DNA from: Octopus sinensis
Taxonomy: Eukaryota
NCBI RefSeq assembly: GCF_006345805.1
Contig: NC_043013.1
Span: 42,904,001-42,968,000 of the forward strand
Direction: 5' to 3'
DNA length: 64,000 nucleotides
The translations under genes were made by a program, and so were the position numbers. This document shows positions 10,267 to 20,232 of the stretch, piece after piece (position 1 is the first letter of the stretch; each line of letters starts with the position of its first letter). The notes beneath the pieces were generated by a model. It did no database searches and had not been told where the DNA came from. It worked only from the letters and a program-made list of their open reading frames with translations.

Positions 10267-13197
10267 TTACTCTACATACCCTTAAGAATTTTGTTAGTGC
10301 TTCATCGTTACTTAATTTGCTCTTAGCTTTTCTTAACACTCCTTTGAACGCGTCCACGAATCTTTCTACCTGCCCATTTGACCTTGGGTGGTAGGGTGGA
10401 ATGAAAATATGCATTATCGCATGCATTTTGCAGAAGTTCTTGAATTCATGCCCATAGAATTGTGTTCCATTATCAAAAACTAACATGTAGAAACCTGTGA
10501 AATTTTTTTTACCATAAAGATAATATAATGGCTAGGGCTTCATTTTCTATCTGACTGTATTTTTTCTGTCACTATCAGTGAACGCGAAACTTGTATCACT
10601 GGTTTTGTACTTCCATCTTTATACTTGTGTAGCAAAACTGCTCCTATTTCATACTACGAAGCATCATATGCTACAACAATGTCCATTTCAGGATCGAAAT
10701 GCACTAGAGACAAATCTGCAATTAGAAATTTTTTTTTATTTCTTTAAACGCGTTTTGCCATTTAACCGACCAATTCCACTTTATTTCCTTTTCTAATAAG
10801 TCATTTAATGGAGCTCTTAATTTGTGTATGTTAGAAATGTAGTTTTGGTAGTAGTTTGCCAGCCTAAGAAACACTTGTAATGTTGGTATATTTGTCAGAG
10901 CAGGCATATTCATTCTTGTGTCTGCCCTCAATGGGTTAGGCTGTCCAACATTTTTATCAATTATATGCCCTAAGTATCTAATTTGCGGCAAAAAGAATTC
11001 GCGTTTTCTTCACTCAAAGTGAACTCCTACTCTTTTTCTTGAACACAGCTTTTATATGCACCACAAGCTGTTCACGCAAATTACTCTTAATCAATATATT
11101 GTCCAAATAAGAAATTGCAAATTCATAATCAGATAACATAGCAGCTGTGGTCTGCTCAAATATTGCCAGTGCAACCTTTAACCGAAAAGGTCATCGGGTA
11201 TACCTGTACAATCCTCTACATGCATTTATTGTCAGACACTTTGAGCATTTGTAACAGAAAATTTTTCCACCATTTCATTTTGCGAAAATGTCCTCTGGAG
11301 TGGATGGTGGCACGTTTTTAAGCAGACATTCAGCCCTGTAGAGAAATCAGCACACAGATTAATCTTATTATTTTTCTTTTTAATGCACACTGTGGGTGCT
11401 GCCCACTTAGAGTAATCCACCTTTTTGATGATTCCATTCTTTTCCAGTCTGTCCAATTCTTCATTTATGATTTCAATTGCAGCGAATGGTACTTTTCTGT
11501 TAGACCTAAATACAGGCACGGCGTTTTCACTTACTTGAAAGATGGTTTCAGTCTTTTTACATAGACCTCTGATAGTACTTGAGGAAACATCTTTTTCAAT
11601 TTTCTCTTCAATTCCTCAGATGATTTATTTTTGACAGACAACCGTTTATGTTTTTGCTGTAGAGACTTATGGGGAGGTGCCATGAGTCAAATAACTCCAA
11701 CCAATGTGTACCAAACAGATTGATTGTTTTCTCCACAATGAATATTTTTGCTTCACATGTTTCTCCTTAAAACGTGACATCTGTACACATTTTGCCCATG
11801 AAATGTCATTTATCACCCATCACGCCACACACAATTTTCGCTGTTTTACATAACCTTACTTTCCAGATTTTTCTCCATGTGTCTACATTTATGCTTGAAA
11901 TATCACAACTCATGTCCAACTGTCATCAGCATCATCGTTTAACGTCTGCTTTCCATGCTAGCATGGGTTGGACGATTTGAATCAGGACTGGCGAACCAGA
12001 TGGCTGCACCAGGCTCCAATCTGATCTGGCAGACTTTCTACAGCTGGATGCCCTTCCTAATGCCAACCACTCCGAGAGTGTAGTGGGTGCTTTTACGTGC
12101 CACTGGCATGAGAGCCAGTTAGACGGTACTGGCAACGGCCATGCTCAAATGGTGTTTTTTACATGCCACCTGCACAGGAGCCATTTATTTTTATGCGTAT
12201 GAATTTTCTTGTTTTTGTGCCACATTCACTTTCTGCTGAAAACACCTTAGAACTTTTTGCATTCGACCCTTGTAATCTTGTCCTGTAGTGCAAGCTCTTG
12301 TAACCAAGTTTCTGACAACTATAGGACTTTTGTTTTTTAAACAGACACTCTGTTCTAAAGTGTAGGCCTCCACATCCATAATATGGACTGGGGCCTGGCA
12401 CTCTTTTTTGATTGTGCTTTCCAGGTTGACACATCTGTACTTTTGCGGAATCTTTCTCTTGAATATTTTTCACGTCATGCTTCAGGTTTATCATTGTTTG
12501 ACATTCTTCTGCAATGGTCTGCAGGGTTAAGTCTTGGTTCTCTTGCTCAATTTTTGAGAGAATCCTTGCATAAAAATAAGGCAATATTAAGTTACAGTAG
12601 TGTTCATGCTCAGCCAGAGCTGTCTTGCATAGCAATAGCCTCACTTTCTCCTCATTCAACCATGACTTGCAATCTTTAAAAATTGCCTTGTACCTTCTAT
12701 AGTATACATGAAACGTAATACCCTCCTCCAGATTATAAATGAATTCAGAAATCGAGTTTGCCACACTGTCTGGTGTAAACGAACTCAACAAATTTTCAAA
12801 CTTCTTTGACTGTAACTCAGTTAACTGTTGTTGTTGTAATATTTGCTTCTGCAACTCCTGTAGTTGTTCCTGTTGCTTCTCTTGCAGCTGTATTACTGCA
12901 GCTAACAGGTTCTCCATAATTTAACAATTTGTATGACACACACATTGTCAAGTAACCTAAGTGAACTTTGAAAAATCCTCGCTGCCAGATGTTACATCCT
13001 TACACCTCCAATATCGTAGTACAATTGTCGATGATCGATAAAGAATCCACTGTAACAGACTTATAACAATACAAAATAGAAACAGCAGCAGCAAAAAAAC
13101 AAACACATAATGAACAAACAATCAATATTTCTAACACACTAACTTGAACTGTAAACTATACCTGGACTTCAAAGACCAAACTGCCTACTACGTCACA
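10267..13197 (-). mobile_element. Degenerate Ty3/Gypsy LTR retrotransposon (5' LTR, gag-pol, 3'-truncated)
   Basis: LTR 12990-13197 (TG...CA) followed by PBS-like TGGCAGCGAGG; gag with zinc-knuckle remnant YGCGGLHFRTEC; RT PVFRSNRKVPFA...WAAPTV...LCADFSTGLN, YLDNILI, IRYLGHII; integrase DNGTQF...PPYHPRSNGQVERFV. Confidence 0.9.
11925..12185 (-). mobile_element. SINE-like repeat inserted in the Gypsy protease region
   Basis: Reverse complement of the 353-720 family, splitting KFIRIKING from QLDMSCDIS. Confidence 0.85.
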
Positions 13198-13879
13198 TTT
13201 GTCCAAGGTGCCATGTGGTTGGTAAGCAAGATACTTACCACATAGCCACTCCTGCGCCTATTGCTAAAAGAATTTTCAAATTTAGTGTATTTGTAATCCA
13301 TTGAGCAGTTGATGGGTTTAGAGAGTCTATTGTGGTGAAAGTATGACACCCTCTGACAAGAATAGATGGGACCACTACATATAATGTTGGCCACAAGCAG
13401 GGCATCATTCCGGTCACTCAAGAATTTGCACTTGCAGAAAGTAGGCAACACCTTGAAAATTGATCAGATTGATTAAAGAGAGGGTTGAATGCAGAGCAGA
13501 TTATCCCATACTAACTGCTTCCACCAATCCTCAGTTGTCAGGAACTGACAAACCCATCTCTCTCCACTATAGCAGAGCTTCATCCATCTCCCTGTTGGAA
13601 CTAGCCCATGTTAGAAAGGAGAGGATGTTGCCTACCAAAGAGGAGCAAGCGTGGATGGAGGAAAGAAAACAGAGAAGAAATAGAGATGAGCACTTACAGA
13701 AATTGTTTGGACAAAGCAGCCTGGTCACAGGACTCCTGAAGGAGTCTGACATTGACCAAACATTTGATTTCCCTGAAGATTAGGTCATCAAATCACTGGA
13801 GAGATGATGAAAATCTACAAGGACTAACTCTGAGAAAGTACAATAACTGAAGTATTAGAAAACCTTGATGGGACTCAAC

Positions 13880-14422
13880 TGCCTCAAGGTTTTTGTAATA
13901 GTTGCTCAAGGTTAGCTATCTTAGATGAATGGATGAACTTAAAAGCTTGGTCAGTAATTGGGGCTCCAAAGGAGCACCACATTGATGAGGGAGGAACCGC
14001 AATAGAGGGGAAGGAATCTGTAAATAGGTTAACAGTCTGCTGATGTGAAGCTGAATGTAAGCCAGAGCTTGCATTTGGAACTGTTGATGTTAAGGCCTCC
14101 ACGAGTTCCTCAATCATCATCCTCACACTTGCAAGGACCTTGTCAGGAGAGCCCCCAAAGAATCATCGTCAAAATACCAGACATTCAAGTCCAGGTCAGC
14201 TCCCATTTTGTTAACGTCACTGATAGCCAGTGCAAATAGAGCAGGTCCGAGGTTATCACTTTGTTGGATTCCAGAGGTAGATGGGATGAGATGGTCACCA
14301 AAGCAGAAGTAGGAGGACTCCCGGTAAGTTTGCCAAGCAAAGTGGTAGAGCTGAATGAAAACTGAACGCTCATAAACAATTAAATAAATGTAAAGAGGAT
14401 CATTTGTGTTTTCGTTAGCCAA
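13880..14422 (-). mobile_element. CRE-clade non-LTR retrotransposon RT fragment
   Basis: IPSTSGIQQSDNLGPALFALAI...NVWYFDDDSLG matches the GVQQGDPLGP / WYLDDG motifs of CRE-type RTs. Confidence 0.65.
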
Positions 14423-15499
14423 ACAAGGTTTTAGCGAAATATGAAGACAAGCAAGAAACTACAACAGTATAAATGAAATATGATTTAAAATAGTTTATTT
14501 TAATCGCTCTCATCTGATATCAAAATGTTCGGTTAAGTTTGAAGTAAAGTAATACTTTTGTAGATATTTTGTCTACAAAAATATATGCATATCATTTTAA
14601 GCACCCGAGTAATTGCTTCATATCAGTGACTTAAAAAATGTCCCTTTAATAATTGAATTTGACACTTATTTTGCGTTGGAGACAAAACTAAAGTGTAACC
14701 TCCTTCAAAATACTTTGTGAAATTTAGTCATCTTGTAACCTGGTAGCTAAGTTACCTCGTGAGTTCCAATGTGCACATCTAAATAAAGAAATGCTTTTAT
14801 TATATGATGATGATATATAACGCTAGACTTTCTATTTATCAGGAAGCTGGTTGAATTGTTAACACACCGGATAAAAATGCTTAGTGGCATTTCTGAAGCT
14901 CTTAACATTCGGGGTTCAAATACCGCCAAAGTCGACTTCATCTTTCATCGTACCTTCTCCTAAAAAGGGGGGAAAATGAAAAATCTGTCCGGAAGAGAGG
15001 GGATAAGAAATCATAAATTTTCAAAAAAAGTTTTTTTCATAAAAGCATTTGCATGGTGCAAATAAACTTTCAAAACTCCCGGTGAAAACAGAAAAATAAA
15101 GACTTATGTGGGTGAGCTTGTTTCGAAACTTCGTCATTACGCATCAGTTTTTCGCCGTCCGTTTACAACTGATACTATATTCCATTAGATTCCCGTAAAT
15201 AGTGAGATGGGGGCTGATTACCAGGGGTGGATATACAACGAAGAAGTACTAGTAACAAATAATCAGTTATGCTTTTATGAAATATAAACAAAAGTCATTA
15301 TAACGGTTTGTGTTTTAAACGGCTACAATGACTTTCCTCACAATGAAAACATAATTTTCTTCTAATGTTGGCTTGACATTTTTACAAGAGGTTTTGAAGG
15401 TTCACGAAACCCAAACATTATTATATCTATTATATACTACTATGCCTTTATATATGTATTATATATAAACACCGTCGCTGATTATAAGATCTCTCCTAC

Positions 15500-15612
15500 C
15501 TTTTCCAGACGTTCCAACAGCACGGCCTATACTCCAGTCTTGTCCAGACGTCGTTTTCCCAGTTCACTGCGAAGATCCACAACCCTGAGATCTGCTAACT
15601 TATCACTGGCCG
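15500..15612 (-). pseudogene. Duplicate exon 1 (SAP domain), disabled
   Basis: [37 protein letters not shown]|gtagga; ATG absent; in-frame TAG. Confidence 0.9.
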
Positions 15613-15775
15613 GGGTATGATGTATTATATATATAAGTGACTGACAAGAGTTGTTGATCCACTGATATCACGTTGAAGCAAAAACTTAAGGACGCAATCA
15701 ATAGTTTCAATATTTATTTACACAACAGTTAGCTCCCTTCTGGCTATCGTAACGTCGAAACTGCCTCTTTTGTAG

Positions 15776-15794
15776 TGACCACTAGATGGCACAA
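15776..15794 (+). promoter_or_regulatory. CTCF-type motif, duplicate promoter
   Basis: TGACCACTAGATGGCACAA fits CCACYAGRKGGCRC; homologous to 52128-52146. Confidence 0.65.
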
Positions 15795-15918
15795 GTGCCA
15801 AACTCAAAAGCATTTCTATGACATGAGCATCACATTCCTGTGTTTGGCCTATATGGTTCATAATAAAATCAATTCTTGCTCATATTGCAGTCAAGACTCA
15901 TCTTAGGAAACTCCGAGT

Positions 15919-16074
15919 GGTGTAACTTCGGTATATGTACCGGATACATTTCAAGAAAGTGCTTTTTTTATATATGGGGTGATTAGGGTTAGAGTTAGAG
16001 GCGGGAGAAAAGGGTTTCTGTTATCTTCAGAAATGTAAACAAAGTCACGTGTGTACCTATACCGAAGCATCGCC
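15919..16074 (-). mobile_element. Mutator-like MITE with internal TTAGGG-like repeats
   Basis: TIR core CTTCGGTATA/TATACCGAAG; 8-bp TSD CTCCGAGT. Confidence 0.75.
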
Positions 16075-16186
16075 CTCCGAGTTCTTGAAAATCTTGTCGT
16101 AAGACGGGGAACTGTAACAGGAAACTGGTTATAATTGAGATACAGTCCAACGGACTTGTTTTTTTTTTCATAGAAACACAAAACAG

Positions 16187-16690
16187 CATGACTGTGTTTT
16201 TGAGAAACTCGCTTTACAACCACCTGGCTTCGGGTTCAATGACACTGCACGGTACCTCAGGCACGTGTCTTCTATTATGGCCCGGGCCGACTAAAGCCGC
16301 ACCATATGGGCGATGCTTCGGTATATGTGCGCACGTGACTTTGTTTACATTTCTGAAGATAACAGAAACCCTTTTCTCCCACACCTAACCCTAACCCCCC
16401 ATATATAAAAAAAAAAACACTTTTCGAAATGTATCCGGTACTTACACCGGTACATATACCGAAGGTTCACCCACCATATGTATCTGTGTGAGTTTTTTTT
16501 CTCTCTCTCTCTTTTTTTTTTTTGGTTTCTCTACTACTGCTTGACAACCGGTGATTTGTTTACGTCCCCTCTAACTTATTGGGTCAGCAAAATTGCTATT
16601 GGATAAGTATAAGATTTTAAAAACAAGTACTCGGGTCGATTTGTTCGACTAAACTCTTCAATGTGATATCCCAGCATGTCTGTAGTAAGT
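16187..16690 (+). mobile_element. tRNA-derived SINE interrupted by a MITE
   Basis: Head catgactgtgt...gggttcaat...ggcacgtgtcttctattat and tail cttgacaaccgg...ggtcgatttgttcgactaa flank 16309-16471. Confidence 0.65.
16309..16471 (+). mobile_element. Mutator-like MITE, second copy in opposite orientation
   Basis: Reverse complement of 15919-16074; perfect 9-bp TSD CACCATATG. Confidence 0.8.
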
Positions 16691-16779
16691 AAAAGATATG
16701 TTACAAAGACTACTCTTATAAAAATAACTATTTTTAAACACAAAGCGGACCTTGGCTCGAGTTCATATCCTTTCCATTC

Positions 16780-17270
16780 TGGAGCCGACGGGACTATCCA
16801 GAAGTTATGGGAAGAGACCAGATAGTCTTATTGTTTGCCCCATCTAGGGCGTGACAGGTAGTGACTCCTTTGCTCCTACCCACATAATGAATGCTGCGGT
16901 AAATGGGAGGGTCACTGCTTCCGTAGCCGAACGGAACAAAATCCTTAAGTATCGGGATTTGTCGGCGAACCTCTTATTCCAGCCGGAGGTGTTTGAGACA
17001 TTTGGAGGGGCTGGGCAGTTAACAACGAAGTTCTTGGTTATCGTTGGCGACTCGCCTTACCGTCGTGATCTCAGGTGATGCCTGTGAGAGTGCTTGGCTG
17101 TTCCAATGACTTAGCTTCGCCATCGCCCGCGCTAATTCCGTGTGTGTGTTGGCTTGCTTCAATAGGTTCCGTTGAACCTTGTAATGTTCGACCAATTGAA
17201 ACACCTAATGTTGAACTGGTGTTTTATACCTTCTTTCTTTCTCGTTTTTTGGCTTTTTTCTTTCTTTAGT
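16780..17270 (+). mobile_element. CRE-clade non-LTR 3' end (restriction-like endonuclease)
   Basis: DSFAPTH...VAERNKILKYRDL...FQPEVFETFGGAG...LAIARANS resembles the PD-(D/E)xK tail KxxKY...FxPxAxETxG...RGNA. Confidence 0.65.
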
Positions 17271-19367
17271 TTTGTATTATATATGTAATTATATATAGTG
17301 TTGTATATGTAATTACTAAATTCGGATCTTTTCACTTTGACCGGCAGATTTTTAAAACAATTTCTTTGTAATCAAACTTCGTATACTGGTAGAATGTATT
17401 ACATAAAACATCTTTTTCTCTTGGCTTTCTTGAGAAAATTCTGTAGTTTGTAAGCTATTTGTTGTTTAATTTCTTGCATTTCGGCAATTTCAACCAATCA
17501 ATGACGTCTAATGAGGTGAATACAATTTCTACGGTTGTTTGTCAACAACAATTATTTGCGGTGTCATATCAGTTTGTTACTGTTATTTATGAGAAAAAAA
17601 GATACCCTTCCCCCACCCCTAATCCCACATATATAAAAAAATTAAAATTTTACGGAAAGAGACGATCTTCAAATGTAAACAAATACACGTGTGTGGCCAT
17701 AAACTGAGGGGTCAGTCGTAAACAGAGCTGGATAGCAAAACCGTTCCCTCTTTAGTGTCCACCTGACACAATCCTAATGCATGTATTTTATTCAGCAACA
17801 AGCTCTGGAGAAGACAACTCTTCTTCTGCAGTTGGTACTCTCATGTAAAGATGTGTACTTGGTACATCATGTTGACATGTAATTTAAAGAAAGTCTTGAA
17901 AGAAAAATAGCCTTTTCAGTTTAACTCCAGCAATCCTGAGCTACTGTCCAGATGTCATATCAATGGCCACAGAAAAATACAGTGAATCCTGAAAGTGTTT
18001 AAGCTGAAATGGCATATCTGAGTAATGCATGGAATAGAAACATCCCTTTCAGCACAAGTCAGAATGATGGCTTCAATTGCGTAGAACATAAGAGTTTTGA
18101 CAGGTAATCTTGTATTATTACATAGAGTTTTCGTGTATCCAAATTTTGAAACACATTGGATGCTCCTAATTTCAGTTGATCATGAGGGGTGCCGGTGGGT
18201 TGAAGAGAATTAAAATACAGTGTCACCAGAAATCATACAACTACATTTACCTCTATCCCAGCTTCTACCCATCTGCAAACATTCCTTCTACACTCTTATG
18301 AAATTAGCCATCTTCTTCCCCAGCCTTGATCCACAGTTTATATACTATCATATCCTCATCTTCTTGTACCTTGGGAGTATGCTCTGGCACCCTGTCACCA
18401 ATATCTTTATCTCCCTTCCAGCAACTCTCACCCATCCTTGCATAATGTGTGATGGCCATTTATCTCCTCTACAGCAAGACGTCTGTCCCTCTATCATATT
18501 TCAGCCTTCAACATCTGGCATAAAGCCACCTCCCCTTCTCTCAAACACACTCCTACTCAGTTGAGGGGGATTTTTCTTTTATTTATTTTGTTTTGCAAGT
18601 TGGTGACGTCTCTAGTGCCAGTGTCACAAGAAAAGCACCCAAGGCATTCTGATCCTGTCAAACCATCCAACCCATGCCAGTACTAAAAATAGACATTGAA
18701 TGATAATAACAATGACAGTGTGAACTGACTTGTACCCTCTGGACTGGGCTGTATCTGTTGAACGATGGTAGCATTAATATCCTGCACGTAAGGAAAAGCC
18801 ACTGTAGGTGTTTTATTTGAGATGATTGTCAGAGTTTGTTTGAAATAACTAGAGAACAACTTTACCCATGATGTGAGTGTTACCTCAGGGAGCCTCCAAG
18901 GTATGATTGAAAGCCTCAAACGCAAGACTGTGAGACATTATGCATTCATACTTCCGGCTAGGCCTGCTTGTCCAAACCCTCTGCCAATATTGCATACAGG
19001 ACTGTCAGTGTGTGCAGGATTGAGTGGCAGCTCATAGCTGAAAAAGACAGGTCTTGCAACCTGTGAACAAAGATGTGGCAATTCTGGATGAGGCCACCAC
19101 AGGAGGAATCTGTTTGAGTAGGTGAATAAACTTATTGTGAAAATTAAGTTGATAACAAAAACGAACATTTTGACTTCCACTAGAAGCTTCAAGGAAAACA
19201 AACAGTGACATGTTGAAACAGAGAAAGAGGAAAGATGAAAAAACGATAGAGCAAAGGCATAGCAGGTAAAGAAAAAATATAGAAAGAAATAAAAACATGA
19301 GGAATACACACAGACTAAATAAAAATGACAAATAAAATACTTTGCGATTGTTTTATAGTGAATAAAA

Positions 19368-19373
19368 TTTATT
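19368..19373 (-). terminator. Probable poly(A) signal of the SAFB-like gene
   Basis: AATAAA about 490 nt after the stop, followed by U/GU-rich sequence; a second AATAAA at 19411-19416. Confidence 0.45.
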
Positions 19374-19858
19374 TCTCCATATATTAAATTCTATGTGGTC
19401 TCTTCACTTCTTTATTACATTCTGTGGTTGCTCTTCTTCCCCTCTCCTCCACTTTAGTGAATACAATGTATCTGGGCTCCTACCCCTCCTTTTCCATTAA
19501 TATATTCAACTGTGGGAAGTGTGTGTCGGGAATAACAGTAATAAAATATAGCAACAAATATGAAAGAAATAAATATATTAAGACAGTAATGTTGGAGTAG
19601 AGTGAAGATAGGGAGAAGGCAGTATGTATATATATATATATATATCTGTGTGTGTCTGTGTGTGTGCATGCATTAAAATATGGAAGGACAGAAATATGAT
19701 TGGATGTCCAAGAACCAAGCACTACGTGACAAATGGAATGCAGGATGTGGATGATATATTGGCTGGAGGGCAGGGTTTTATTATCTGTCTGAGATTCCCT
19801 CTGCCCCTCCAAATCAAACACTTCAACAGGACTCAGACCTCAGTCCTCAGTTCGGATT

Positions 19859-20232
19859 TCACATAGATCCCATAATATTATAAGCATCAAAACGAGGCTC
19901 TTGCATACGTCCACTCATATTACTACCACCACCACCACCACCACCACTGCCACCACTACTACCACCACCATGTGTAACCATCATGATTCTACTGTGTGAT
20001 TGAGTGTTGGCAAACATATTACCAGGTCCCAAGTTCTGTCCTATTCCCCCAGTGTTACCAGGTCTACTGTTGTCAACAAATGCCCCACTGGCATCACGCC
20101 CCGTTTTGTCCATGGGGTTACTAAGCCATGGTTCATTGGATTGGTCCATGTCTCCATGCATGTGGGACCAGTTGTCCACTTTCCTATCTACACTGCCAGA
20201 ACCCCAAGGAGGTCTCTGGTCAGGTCCACCAC
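19859..20232 (-). CDS. SAFB: SAFB-like exon 20 (Gly-rich tail, stop)
   Basis: ttctag|(G)GGPDQRPPW...[28 protein letters not shown]. Confidence 0.85.

Larger units (their letters stand above)
1..15805 (-). pseudogene. Tandem duplicate of the SAFB-like gene, 5'-disabled; continues past the window start
   Basis: Exons homologous to main-gene exons 1 (15500-15612), 2 (9728-9781), 5 (8960-8990), 6 (7780-8022), 7 (6685-6718) and 8 (2226-2712), with alignable introns and promoter. No ATG; AAG>TAG at 15527-15529; 1-nt deletions in exons 2 and 5; exons 3-4 absent. Confidence 0.85.

Noticed and set aside
1-15805. Duplicate as an uncollapsed haplotype or assembly artefact
   Set aside because: Divergence is far above allelic level and each copy has its own TE insertions.
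15980-16000. Interstitial telomere
   Set aside because: Only 2-3 TTAGGG-like units, internal to a MITE.
18938-19821. Hydrophobic ORFs after the SAFB stop
   Set aside because: U-rich 3' UTR and downstream sequence; low complexity.
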